This document shows, in pieces, positions 26,285 to 35,678 of a stretch of DNA of 63,647 bases (its first letter is position 1; each line of letters opens with the position of its first letter). The position numbers were made by a program, and so were the translations under genes. The notes below the pieces were generated by a model, which saw only the letters and a list, made by a program, of their open reading frames with translations, was not told the origin of the DNA and did no database searches. The stretch is from positions 1-63,647 of the IMG/VR virus record IMGVR_UViG_3300032080_000005; one strand, given 5' to 3'. Source of the stretch: a virus. Taxonomy: Duplodnaviria > Caudoviricetes.

Positions 26285-27519
26285 CGGACACTTATGCAAC
26301 GGGGACCGTCAAGGTCAGCGCGAACAACGGCGGCGCCCTCGCAGCGCAGGCTCTCGCCGGACAGTTCGGCGGGAAGTGGGGCAAGCGCGCCGTCACGGCG
26401 GCCGCGCTGGCGCAGATGGCTTGGCCTGCATACAAAACGGCGCGGGAGTGGTACCGCAACCGGAACGGCGACTACAAGCTGACGATCCACGGCGAAGACA
26501 TGATCTACGCCGACGTACACGCTTGGGTGCTGAAAGAAATGGCGGAGGAAGACCGTCGCTCCATGTCCGCCAGCACGGAAATCACTTACGACGCGGACGA
26601 CAACGAGATTCCGCACATCAAGCTCGGCTTCGACGGCAGCGTCGAACAGCAGATTACGGTCGCCGGGCACCCGGTGGTCGTGAAGGTCAGCCGGGAGCAG
26701 CTTCCCGACCGCATCAGTCTCTCGTCGGACAACTGGCGCCTGAGCATGGAGAAAATCCTGTTCACCACGGAGACGCTGGAGGCTCGGGCGGCCGTGGTCG
26801 AGGCGCTGGAAGCCGTCGCCACCGAGAAGTACAAGAGCGACGATCCGCCCGCGCTGATGATGCCGTCGCGTTGGGGCGGAGGCTGGCAGAAGCGTGCTGA
26901 CCTCCCGACCCGCGGCCTCGACTCCGTCATTCTGAAGGCAGGCCAGTTGGAGCGGCTGTCCGACGACCTGGGCGACTTTCTCGCCAGCGAGGATCGCTAC
27001 GTCAGGATGTCGCAGCCCTGGCACCGCGGCTACCTGCTGCACGGGCCTCCGGGGACCGGCAAGACGAGCCTGGCGCGCTCTCTCGCCACGGAGTACAACC
27101 TGCCGACGTACTACCTGCCCCTGGGCGACATCGCGAAAGACTCCGACCTGATGCAGCTCGTCGGCGGCATCAAGCCGCGGTCGGTCCTGCTGCTGGAGGA
27201 CGTGGACAGCTTCCACGCGGCCACCGACCGTAGCGACGAGAAGGACCACGCCTCCGTGGCGACGCTGCTGAACGCCCTCGACGGCGTCTGGACGCCCCAC
27301 GGCCTGATAACCATCATGACCACGAACAACAAGGAGGCGCTTGACCCCGCGCTGATTCGCGCCGGTCGCATCGACGTTGACGAGGAACTGAGCAATCTCG
27401 ACGAGGATCAGGCTGTCCGCCTCGCGGAGCGTTTGCGGCCGGGTGGATTGACGGACGCAGTATCCTTTGTAGGACAAGCACCATCTGAGCTGATCGAGCA
27501 CATCCGCAACAACACGTAA
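26281..27519 (+). CDS. BCS1-like AAA+ ATPase
   Basis: RGYLLHGPPGTGKTS, LLEDVD, LLNALDG, MTTN, DPALIRAGRID; R.LDSVIL preceding. Confidence 0.88.
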   Translation: MTDTYATGTVKVSANNGGALAAQALAGQFGGKWGKRAVTAAALAQMAWPAYKTAREWYRNRNGDYKLTIHGEDMIYADVHAWVLKEMAEEDRRSMSASTEITYDADDNEIPHIKLGFDGSVEQQITVAGHPVVVKVSREQLPDRISLSSDNWRLSMEKILFTTETLEARAAVVEALEAVATEKYKSDDPPALMMPSRWGGGWQKRADLPTRGLDSVILKAGQLERLSDDLGDFLASEDRYVRMSQPWHRGYLLHGPPGTGKTSLARSLATEYNLPTYYLPLGDIAKDSDLMQLVGGIKPRSVLLLEDVDSFHAATDRSDEKDHASVATLLNALDGVWTPHGLITIMTTNNKEALDPALIRAGRIDVDEELSNLDEDQAVRLAERLRPGGLTDAVSFVGQAPSELIEHIRNNT

Positions 27520-27629
27520 GGAGGCACCATGCGTAAAGCTGCATTCCAAATCGGCTTCAACCTGTTGGTCATCTTCGCAGCGGAATTCGCTGTGCGGGAG
27601 GTCTTCCGGGCCGTCACCAGGCGGGCACG

Positions 27630-27830
27630 TTGATCGTCCGCGCCTTCGACGCGATGCAAGCGGCGGCCGCCGCGCTGGACGATTGGTCGCCCGGTGATAC
27701 TGCTCGCGAGGAGGCGCGCATGGTCTACAGCGCGGCGGCACAGATGCACGTTGCCGCGCAGGCTGCCTACAAGGTTCAGTTGGACGACCGCATCCCGGTC
27801 CCCGACTGGATCGAGAGGTACCTGCCGTGA
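27630..27830 (+). CDS. hypothetical protein
   Basis: Coupled small ORF. Confidence 0.55.
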   Translation: MIVRAFDAMQAAAAALDDWSPGDTAREEARMVYSAAAQMHVAAQAAYKVQLDDRIPVPDWIERYLP

Positions 27831-28058
27831 GGCAATCCGGCGACACGACGGAGGTCACGCAAGAGCCGCCGAAGGTGGAGGTCAACGGCGTGATGATGAC
27901 GCGGCAAGAGTGGCGCGAATTCATGAAGGAATGCCCGCACGAGAGCTTCAGTCACCCCGGCGTCGAACTGATGGACGGCAGCCGATGTCGATTTGCGACC
28001 GCTGCAAGTTCATCCAGCACGAGGAGATTGCAAAAATGATCGAAGGGGAGGCAAACTG

Positions 28059-28292
28059 ATGCTGACGGAGGAGCGCAAGCTGGGACTGATGGGTCTGGCG
28101 ACGTTGGGGATTACCGAACGTGTCCGGCTCAATCGCACGGAATCCGCGATCTGCGGCGTGCTCAAACTCTGCGGCATCGAGGAACAGTCTGCCGAGAATT
28201 GGGCCAGCGAACTGGTCTACAACGAGGGCGACGAACCCTTGGAGGCTGTGGAGCGGATGCTGAAGGCGCTCGACCTGGAGGTCGGCGAGTGA
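28059..28292 (+). CDS. hypothetical protein
   Basis: GGAGG RBS, TGATG coupling. Confidence 0.6.
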   Translation: MLTEERKLGLMGLATLGITERVRLNRTESAICGVLKLCGIEEQSAENWASELVYNEGDEPLEAVERMLKALDLEVGE

Positions 28293-28591
28293 TTCGCGTC
28301 AAAGTCGAAATCGTCCCTCACGGCCGCGTTGATGCGTCGGAGGTTCTGCACGACATCTGGATCGAAAACGACGGAACCAGCATCGCTGGCGTCGGCCCGG
28401 ACGAGGGCGGGATCGGCAACTACAACATCTTTCCAGACGGCGAGACGCTGTCGCATCTTCACGTCGTGGACTACCCGAGCATCGTTCGGGAGTGGAACGA
28501 GCAAGTCAAGGCGGCCGAAGCCGAGCCGGGATTCGACCGCGCACGCGCGCCCGTCCCGCCGAAGATCGAGCGCGAGTTCGAGGTCGCGTGA
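28289..28591 (+). CDS. hypothetical protein
   Basis: GTGA overlap; IRVKVEIVPHG...I.NDGT motif. Confidence 0.65.
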   Translation: MIRVKVEIVPHGRVDASEVLHDIWIENDGTSIAGVGPDEGGIGNYNIFPDGETLSHLHVVDYPSIVREWNEQVKAAEAEPGFDRARAPVPPKIEREFEVA

Positions 28592-28818
28592 TGCTGCTCC
28601 GGCGCCGTATCCGCAAGCTGAACGAGCGCGCCCGCGCAGCCTGGGAGAAGGGCCTGGCCGACGCGGCGCCCACGAAGAAGGTCTACCAGTTCGACGGCGG
28701 CCCTGAGCGCCACGCCTACAAGGCGGCCGTCGAAGCCGCGCGCAACGGCGAAGCGACGCGCTACCTCCCGCTCGACGTGTGGGCCATCGTGCTCGCCGAG
28801 GACGCGAGGGGCTGGTGA
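28591..28818 (+). CDS. hypothetical protein
   Basis: TGATG coupling. Confidence 0.55.
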   Translation: MLLRRRIRKLNERARAAWEKGLADAAPTKKVYQFDGGPERHAYKAAVEAARNGEATRYLPLDVWAIVLAEDARGW

Positions 28819-28828
28819 TTCGCCTCGT

Positions 28829-29218
28829 GTGGACGTGGGTCAACCCCGTCGAGTGGGCGAAGGCCGTTGGCGAGGCACTGTGGCGGGGGTCGTGGTGAGC
28901 CTGCCCGACCAAGAAGCCGCGGCGACGCGCAGGGCCTGGAACTTCCTGCTGCACCTGTCGAGCGGAGAGATTCGCGTCTCCGGCCGCGTGACGGACCTCC
29001 GCGCCGAAGCCCGCGACATCGTCAAGCACTTCCCGCTGGGCGGCGACCTGGCGGAGGCCGCGAAACGCTACGCGCCAGAGCTGCTGGGGAAAGTCGAACG
29101 TGAAGCAGACGCACTGGCGCAGGAAGCCGCTAGGGAATCAGCTCGCGCCGACGCCGCGGAGACGCGCGTGGAGGAACTGGAACCGACGATCCCGCCGGAC
29201 TTCCTCAACATGCCTTAG
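28829..29218 (+). CDS. hypothetical protein (true start probably near 28895, SLPDQE)
   Basis: Last + strand ORF before convergence; LP.E...A...FL...R.EA..I.KHFP motif. Confidence 0.6.
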   Translation: MDVGQPRRVGEGRWRGTVAGVVVSLPDQEAAATRRAWNFLLHLSSGEIRVSGRVTDLRAEARDIVKHFPLGGDLAEAAKRYAPELLGKVEREADALAQEAARESARADAAETRVEELEPTIPPDFLNMP

Positions 29219-30708
29219 CCGCCGAAGAACCCCCGGCCGCCGCCTGGACCGTGAAGCGCGAAGTCCACCAGGCCGGAGTTGTCCCACGCGCTTTCGCGCG
29301 CCATGATGGCGCCGGGGGAGTCGGGGTCGCCCGCGGGCGTCGGCGCCAGGATAATCTCGCGCAAGGCGGCCTCCGCAGCCGGGTCGTCGCGTTCGATGGA
29401 GACGATGTCGATGCCCTGGCCGCCCTCGTGAACGCGACCCCAATGGGCCAGCATCTTCGCGGCGACCATGTCGTCGTGCCCGGTGGCCGCCTCGAACTGG
29501 TAGCGCCCGGATTTCGTCAGCGTGAACTCGTAGCTCTCGAACTCCTCGCGCATGTCGCTGAGGATGCGCGCGCGGCCGTGCTCCATGTCGGCGGCCAGCA
29601 GCCGGGCCATCTGCTCCTTGCGGCCGCCGTTGAAGTCGATGGGCGTCACGTCCACGCCCGCGGCAATCAGGTTGTCGTGGACCACGTCGCCGAGGCCGGT
29701 GGAGTCGATCATCGCCGTGACGCCGTCTACCCCCGGCGCATCTTCCAGCTCCTGGATCGCGTAGCCGATGCGTTTCTGCTGCGTCGGCCAGTCCAAGTCC
29801 TGGAAGCGCTCGAAGTAGCAGGGCATCCCGTCAGATTCCCGGTCGGCGGTGATGACGGTGAAGTCCTGCTTCTTGGCGAGGTCGATGCCGACGAAGATGT
29901 TGCCCCGCGGCTCGACAATCTCGTCGATGACGGAGCCGTCGCGCTCCAGGCCGAGGCCGAAGATCGAGGCGCCCGCGGCCAGGAATTCGGCCATAATCTC
30001 TTGGCGGAAGATAATCTCCGGGAGTTCGTCCTTCGCGGCTTCCGTCTCCGCCAGCGGGACGTAGGGGTTGTCGGTCTGGGCGAAGCGCCAGCTCTCGTAG
30101 CCGCGCTTGTTTTCCTGGCCGAGCTTCCACATCTGCCAGAACCAGTTGTGACCACGCGGCGTGCTGATGATGAACGCCTCGCCCCCGGTGTCCATGAGGG
30201 TCGGGCGGATAAGCTGCTGCCAGACGTTGTCCGGGATCAGGGCGGCCTCGTCCACGACGACGAAGTCCACACCCTCGCCCGCGAGGGAGTCCGGCGAGCC
30301 GCCGGAGTAGAACTCAATCATCGTCCCGTCCTTCAACTGGAGAATCTTCGTGGTGGACGTGTAGGCGGGCGCCGGTTTGGCGAGCCAGGAAGGCGGGAGC
30401 TGGTTGACGACCTCGCGGTATCCACGGGAGACGTTTTTGTACGTGTTGGCGATCCACCAAATCATCTTCGGCTTGCCGCCGGGGACCGGCCGCGCCCGGC
30501 GCACGATTTCGTGGGCGGCGACCTTCGTCTTGCCCCAACGCCGCCCGGCGGCGAGGGTGCGGAAGCGGGCCTGCGAGTCGAGGATGACCTGCTGGCCGCC
30601 GGGGTGGGGGATCAGGAGGCGCGATGCGAGTTCGTGGCGCGCGCGAGACAGCGCCTCCGGGTTGTCGCGCCCTAGAGCTTCAGCGCGAGCGCGGTCACTC
30701 CCCGACAT
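29215..30708 (-). CDS. terL: terminase large subunit
   Basis: AGRRWGKT, VVVDEAA, ISTPRGHNWF, GIDLAKKQD, HDDMV. Confidence 0.95.
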   Translation of the reverse strand: MSGSDRARAEALGRDNPEALSRARHELASRLLIPHPGGQQVILDSQARFRTLAAGRRWGKTKVAAHEIVRRARPVPGGKPKMIWWIANTYKNVSRGYREVVNQLPPSWLAKPAPAYTSTTKILQLKDGTMIEFYSGGSPDSLAGEGVDFVVVDEAALIPDNVWQQLIRPTLMDTGGEAFIISTPRGHNWFWQMWKLGQENKRGYESWRFAQTDNPYVPLAETEAAKDELPEIIFRQEIMAEFLAAGASIFGLGLERDGSVIDEIVEPRGNIFVGIDLAKKQDFTVITADRESDGMPCYFERFQDLDWPTQQKRIGYAIQELEDAPGVDGVTAMIDSTGLGDVVHDNLIAAGVDVTPIDFNGGRKEQMARLLAADMEHGRARILSDMREEFESYEFTLTKSGRYQFEAATGHDDMVAAKMLAHWGRVHEGGQGIDIVSIERDDPAAEAALREIILAPTPAGDPDSPGAIMARESAWDNSGLVDFALHGPGGGRGFFGG

Positions 30709-31144
30709 CGGCCGCTTCGCCAGCGATTTTCTTCGCCAGCTCGGGGTCGTCCATCGCGGCACCGAACAGGTCGGAGGCAGCATCGCCGGGGTCTACACGC
30801 TCGTTCTCGTCCAGCACGTCGCGCGCTGGGGCAATCTCTTTGCGGATGTCGATAATCTCTTTGACCGTCAGCTCCTCCGCGCTTTCGAGCCGGGAAATCA
30901 GCTCGGAGTCGGTGCGCCGGACGATGCGGGAGACGCGCTCGCGCATGATGGCGTGGATTTTGTTTTTGACCTGCTCGTCGTGGCGCCAGTTGATGATCGT
31001 GTTCTTGACCGGCACGTCCTCGATTTCGGCGAACTCGCTATGGACCGTCTCAGCGATGGTTTTGTTGGAGGCGCCGTCCGCCCACAGCTCGGCGACGCGG
31101 TCCCGGAGGCCGTCTACGCGGTCGAGGGTGCTGATTCCGCTCAT
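30695..31144 (-). CDS. terminase small subunit (putative)
   Basis: HTH-like N-terminus, directly upstream of terL; leaderless TATACT-N6-ATG. Confidence 0.7.
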   Translation of the reverse strand: MSGISTLDRVDGLRDRVAELWADGASNKTIAETVHSEFAEIEDVPVKNTIINWRHDEQVKNKIHAIMRERVSRIVRRTDSELISRLESAEELTVKEIIDIRKEIAPARDVLDENERVDPGDAASDLFGAAMDDPELAKKIAGEAADVGE

Positions 31145-31163
31145 TCAGCCAGTATACCAAGGA

Positions 31164-31236
31164 AGCCCACTGCCGGGGTCGAACCGGCGACCTCTCCATT
31201 ACGAAAGGAGCGCTCTGTCATCTGAGCTAAGCGGGC
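31164..31236 (-). tRNA. tRNA-Thr(CGT)
   Basis: Cloverleaf folded by hand; anticodon loop TTCGTAA. Confidence 0.88.
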
Positions 31237-31522
31237 GAAGCTAGGGTAACACGAAGAAGGACCGCCCCTATCCCGCGGCGCTTGGGGGCGGTGATGCTGG
31301 TGGGGATGCCCACGTTGACGTGTAGACAACTCCGGTCTTGGGACCAGCGGCAGCCGGATCGCGGCGCGGCTCTAGAAGCCGCGGAGGTTTAGCCTGCCCT
31401 CCAGAACCAGAGTATCACAGAGGGCAAGGGAAACTCCCCCTATTCCGCATTTCGGGGGAGTGTACTAGCCGGGCGGTTGCGGAACCGACCTAGTGCCTTA
31501 ATCGGTTGGGATCAGCAGTGTA

Positions 31523-31759
31523 TCAGGCCGTGTCCTCGAAGTCAATGACCTTTAGGCCAAGGCGCTCGGCGGCGTAGTCGAGGAACTTCACTGCCTCCGG
31601 GACAGCGACGCCAGCGGCGAGACCGGAACCTACCGTCAGCCAAGTCTCCCATTCGTCCGGCAGATCAACGACACCGAGCTGGGCAAGGCCAGCCACGATA
31701 AGACCTACGGCGCCCTGGGCGACAACCTTGCGGCTGATGGGGAAACGATACTTGGGCAT
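31523..31759 (-). CDS. holin (putative)
   Basis: Two TM segments, follows endolysins, AGGAGG RBS. Confidence 0.75.
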   Translation of the reverse strand: MPKYRFPISRKVVAQGAVGLIVAGLAQLGVVDLPDEWETWLTVGSGLAAGVAVPEAVKFLDYAAERLGLKVIDFEDTA

Positions 31760-31778
31760 TCTTCCTCCTTCCTGGGGG

Positions 31779-32417
31779 TTAGGCGATGGGCTTCAGACCA
31801 AAGTGCTTGCGGCGCCCGTTGACCTCACGGCGGGCCTTCTCCTGGGCCTTCCGGTTGCCGGTCTGCTGGGCCTTGTAGTAGCGAGCCAGCCACAGGACGT
31901 ACTCCATCGGGTAGTTGTCCCCTGGATCGACGTGCCCGCCGCCGGAGGCGCCGAGCTGCTTGTGCGTCGCGACGCCGGAGCGCGCGACCACGCCCGACCC
32001 GGGGGTCCACGCCCGGCGGATGGGGATGTTATGCTCGATGCTCCAGTAGGCGATCCACTTGGCGGTGTTGGCGAGCTGGTGCGAGGAATCCCGCATCCAC
32101 TCGCGCCGCGACGTGGTCGCCGAGAAGTGAATCTGCTCGATGGACAGCGCTGGAGCGTTGTACGCCGACTGCGTCCACGCCTTGCGAGAGTCGGGGACGA
32201 GGCGAGCATCGTGGCCCTCGCTGTCGTTGACGATGTGCGAGGAGGCTTCGTTGCTGGGCTGGTTGAAAAAGCTGATGATGCCGTCGATGTCCGACAGACC
32301 CGGCCGGTTATGGCTGACCGTGATGTGCAGGACCATGACGCTCGGCTTGACGCCAAAGCGAGACGACTGGTTAGCGACGTTCGTGGTGCGCTCGGGAGCG
32401 GGGAAGTTCTTAGCCAT
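31779..32417 (-). CDS. N-acetylmuramoyl-L-alanine amidase endolysin
   Basis: VLHIT, ASSH, AW, SIE, H......HVDPG. Confidence 0.9.
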   Translation of the reverse strand: MAKNFPAPERTTNVANQSSRFGVKPSVMVLHITVSHNRPGLSDIDGIISFFNQPSNEASSHIVNDSEGHDARLVPDSRKAWTQSAYNAPALSIEQIHFSATTSRREWMRDSSHQLANTAKWIAYWSIEHNIPIRRAWTPGSGVVARSGVATHKQLGASGGGHVDPGDNYPMEYVLWLARYYKAQQTGNRKAQEKARREVNGRRKHFGLKPIA

Positions 32418-32434
32418 AGACGTAGTCTAGCGCG

Positions 32435-33163
32435 TCAGGGCCGCAGGCGGACCACGTCGCGCGCGAGGCGCTTGCGGCCGCCGCGCTGGATGGTGAGGCC
32501 GCCCTCCGCCTTCACGAGGCGGCGCCGCTTGTTGCGGTTGACGTACTGGCGGTGGAAGACCGCGGAAATCCGGTGCGCCGTCTTTTCGCCGATGACGCCA
32601 TCGTCTTTGAGGCCCTGGTCGCGCTGGAACTCGCGGACGCCTGCCTTGACCTTGCGGTCGAAGGTCCAGCGCCAGCTTCCGAGGTAGCCGTGGTTCTTGC
32701 CCTTCGGATGGATGAAGGCTAGACGTTTCGTGTACCAGACAACGCGCTTACCCTCGCTGCCCTTCTTCAGCGGGACGAACGGCGGCGGGAAATCGCCATC
32801 CTCCGCGAGGCAGTTGACGTGCCACCACTCGCTGAAGGCTTCCGTCTTGAAAATCTTGTACCGGCGGCCGTGGTCGTCCACCCAGGAGCGCATCCACGGT
32901 TCCTTCAGGTCGATGGCGCGGCCGCAGCCGTGCTCAGACGTGCCTGGGACGGCGGCAACCGGGCCGCCAGCCTGGAAGGTGGCCCACGTCCGTTCCTGAC
33001 CCTCGATGTCGCGGTAGGTGCTCAGTTCCGGCCCGGTCGGTTCGAGGCCCGCGGGCGCCGGTCCAGCTTCCCAAGCCGCTGCGCAGGGCTTCAGGAGGCG
33101 GCCGTAGGGCTTGATGGGCGCTAGAGCGCTATCAAGGAACCGACCGTTGTTGGAACAAGGCAT
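32435..33163 (-). CDS. M15-type peptidase endolysin with peptidoglycan-binding domain
   Basis: STYR, PGTSEHGCGRAID, EWWH; VREFQRDQGLKDDGVIG..T; start ATG 33163 lies 7 nt after TAGACT. Confidence 0.88.
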   Translation of the reverse strand: MPCSNNGRFLDSALAPIKPYGRLLKPCAAAWEAGPAPAGLEPTGPELSTYRDIEGQERTWATFQAGGPVAAVPGTSEHGCGRAIDLKEPWMRSWVDDHGRRYKIFKTEAFSEWWHVNCLAEDGDFPPPFVPLKKGSEGKRVVWYTKRLAFIHPKGKNHGYLGSWRWTFDRKVKAGVREFQRDQGLKDDGVIGEKTAHRISAVFHRQYVNRNKRRRLVKAEGGLTIQRGGRKRLARDVVRLRP

Positions 33164-33247
33164 GGCTTTCAGTCTAGCACTTCGCATGATCCTGCGAGAA
33201 CGACTCAAAACGTTGCAAAATGCAACGTTTCAAAGCGCCATACCGAG

Positions 33248-34606
33248 TCATCCGACACGAATAGGATCTACCCAGAGCCGCCGCCGTGCGGCGCGCACTT
33301 CGTAAGCGCCGTCGCTTTTCATTTTCTCAACGATACTGGCGGCGGCCGCGAGTCCGGTATGCCGAGTCGCCAGCGTTTGTCCAGTTACCAGAATCCCAGC
33401 GGTTGATCCTAGTTGCGTTATTGCCCATGCGTCCGCAGCAGCAACTGCGCCTACAGCGTAACTGAGCCGGGCAACTTGGTTACTTACTAGGCTAGTTAGT
33501 GCGCCAGCAATCGTAATCGTATAATCACCTTTCAGGGGTGCCGTAATGCTTAGCGGATCAGTCGGCAAACTGTTATAGGCGCCCGCGGTGTTTATCGTAC
33601 GTTCTGAATCAGAGCGCGCGAATAGTGGAGGGCCACCAATCTTCTTCCACGGAAATTCACCTTCGCCATCGTAACGAAGCTCCCAAATTATTCCATCAGT
33701 TTTATTTGCGACGAAAGAGCAGCGATCATTTTTCACGGCTTCCGTAGTCGGCAGCGCTTCCACAATCCCGAAGTCCTTGAAACCAAGCTGTTGATATTCA
33801 TGTGCGGTAGTGCCGGGAGTAATATTACCGGGAGTGATGATCTGGAAAGTCCGGCGCTTATTGCGCGTACCTTCTTCGACATAGATAGTTGAACCACCAG
33901 ACAACTCAGCAGCGGCGTCCGCGTCAAGAGCCCGCGAAGGCGTTGCTTTTACAATCCAAATACCATTTTGTGATTTCGTGGTCTGATCCTTAACCAGAAC
34001 GCGATCATTTTCGACAAGCGTTACACCATCTAGCGCATCACCGGGATTGAGTGCGGTTGCCGTGGCGATGTTTGCAGTCGTTGCAACGCGAACGGAGTTC
34101 TTCCAGTCAATGTTTTCGGATGATCCAGCCGGACCTTCTTTTCCATTAGCCCCCTTGAGATTCGCAATGATGCCCCATACGCCGCCTTCCTTTTTGTATA
34201 CATCGCTGGTTTCCGTGCGGAAGTAATAATCGCCATTCACACCCGTTCCACCGGCGGGTTCTTCAGTACCGCTGAACCAAGTTGAACCATTCGTGCCAGT
34301 TGCGCCCGTTGCACCTTTGATGTTGACTTCAAGCGACCACACTGCGGGCGCGGTCTTCTTGTAGATGTCTTGCGTGGTCGTCCGCAGGTAGAAATCACCG
34401 TCGCTGCCTAACCCCGTACTCGGAACAGTCGTACCACTGTGCCACGTCGCGCCCGCTTTCCCTTCTTTACCTTCGGCACCGGAGGTCGCCTGACCGAATA
34501 CACGCGAGCCGCCGCGGGCGGCGTCCTCGTTTTCCAGGATGCGCCGCGTCTGCTGCTCGGGCGCCGAGAGACTGATATCGCGTGGGTCACGCGGCAAGAG
34601 ATTCAC
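33248..34606 (-). CDS. tail fibre / receptor-binding protein
   Basis: Two G.TW.SGT..P....G..GD.Y repeats, WK.SVRVATT / DRVLVKDQ....NGI module; lower-GC distal part. Confidence 0.85.
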   Translation of the reverse strand: MNLLPRDPRDISLSAPEQQTRRILENEDAARGGSRVFGQATSGAEGKEGKAGATWHSGTTVPSTGLGSDGDFYLRTTTQDIYKKTAPAVWSLEVNIKGATGATGTNGSTWFSGTEEPAGGTGVNGDYYFRTETSDVYKKEGGVWGIIANLKGANGKEGPAGSSENIDWKNSVRVATTANIATATALNPGDALDGVTLVENDRVLVKDQTTKSQNGIWIVKATPSRALDADAAAELSGGSTIYVEEGTRNKRRTFQIITPGNITPGTTAHEYQQLGFKDFGIVEALPTTEAVKNDRCSFVANKTDGIIWELRYDGEGEFPWKKIGGPPLFARSDSERTINTAGAYNSLPTDPLSITAPLKGDYTITIAGALTSLVSNQVARLSYAVGAVAAADAWAITQLGSTAGILVTGQTLATRHTGLAAAASIVEKMKSDGAYEVRAARRRLWVDPIRVG

Positions 34607-35678
34607 CTTCTTCGTCTAGAAGCACAGGAGTCACCGTGCTCGTGCCCTGCTCATTGATATTGAATTTAACCTGATAGACGCGAGCCTGACCATTAAACAG
34701 CGTCACGTTGTCGTTGATAACTGCGCGGGCCGTGACGAGGTCGCCAAGGTTAAAGTCAACGCCGTACTGCGGAACGCGGCCGGTCCCGTCGTCAAAGTCC
34801 AACGTCATTGCGGCGACATAGCGCGGGTTCTTACGTACACGGACGACCTCCTCCAACCATTTTTCCCGAAACGTCGAGTCAGTAAGTCCGTAACCATCGA
34901 CCACCGTTTCGAAGCGGCCGCGGTGCGCCTCGCTGGCGGCGTCGTTCTTTACTTTGACGCTGGCACCTTCAGATTCAAGGCCCTGGTCGGGCAAATGGAA
35001 GGCGCGGTTCGTCAAGCCACTGAGGTCGCGGACATAGGACATCTGCCGAACGTTCTTCTGCCCCCAGCCGCGCTCAAACACCGCGCTCGACGTGCCACCG
35101 ATAGTCGTTTTGCCGATGAAGGTCACCGTTTTCGTTGCGAGTTCCCCGGTGTACGGTTCCATCCGCCAGTCGAAGCCGTCAAAGCCATGTGCGAGGTCGT
35201 TGATACAGCCAAGGACAGGCTTGTATGGCCCAGCGACGTAGGTGCCGGACCCAGCCGCGCTGTATTCGGCTTCGGCAAGCACGCGCACGCCGGAGTCGCC
35301 TTCGCCGTTGGCTTCGTTGATGATTTTCCGCGCCGATTTCGCCTTGTCACCTTCGTATTTGGTGCCGCCTGCGGACTTCCCGGCCAAACGGCGCGACAGC
35401 TTCCAAGCTGCATCTGCCGAGTTGATTTTGACCAGCGTGGATTCGCCCTCACCGAACTCGCAGGACGTAACGTAGCCAAAGTACCGAAGGGTTTTGTCCT
35501 CCCAGACTTTCAGTTTGGTGTCATCTTCGAACAGGGGCACGAGGATGTCGTTATCAGCGCGCACCTGAAAGCTCGCCGTACAAGCCCGATTGATCGCCAA
35601 CGCTAGACTGCGCTGCGTCGCGTTACGCACCTCCGCGATGGGAGTACCATCAAGTTTACAAAGTTCAAACGTCCACAT
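34587..35678 (-). CDS. minor tail / baseplate hub protein
   Basis: Position after Dit; YGVDFNLGDLVT motif; TAATG coupling. Confidence 0.8.
   Translation of the reverse strand: MWTFELCKLDGTPIAEVRNATQRSLALAINRACTASFQVRADNDILVPLFEDDTKLKVWEDKTLRYFGYVTSCEFGEGESTLVKINSADAAWKLSRRLAGKSAGGTKYEGDKAKSARKIINEANGEGDSGVRVLAEAEYSAAGSGTYVAGPYKPVLGCINDLAHGFDGFDWRMEPYTGELATKTVTFIGKTTIGGTSSAVFERGWGQKNVRQMSYVRDLSGLTNRAFHLPDQGLESEGASVKVKNDAASEAHRGRFETVVDGYGLTDSTFREKWLEEVVRVRKNPRYVAAMTLDFDDGTGRVPQYGVDFNLGDLVTARAVINDNVTLFNGQARVYQVKFNINEQGTSTVTPVLLDEEGESLAA

Noticed and set aside
20237-27924. Long antisense ORFs (e.g. 20237-22297, 22599-23768, 26038-27924 and similar elsewhere)
   Set aside because: Shadow frames of high-GC genes with clear functions on the other strand; no motifs or RBS.
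32670-32687. Partial self-match to guide 5 target (CCAGCTTCCGAG)
   Set aside because: 13/18 identity, compatible with chance given the number of comparisons.
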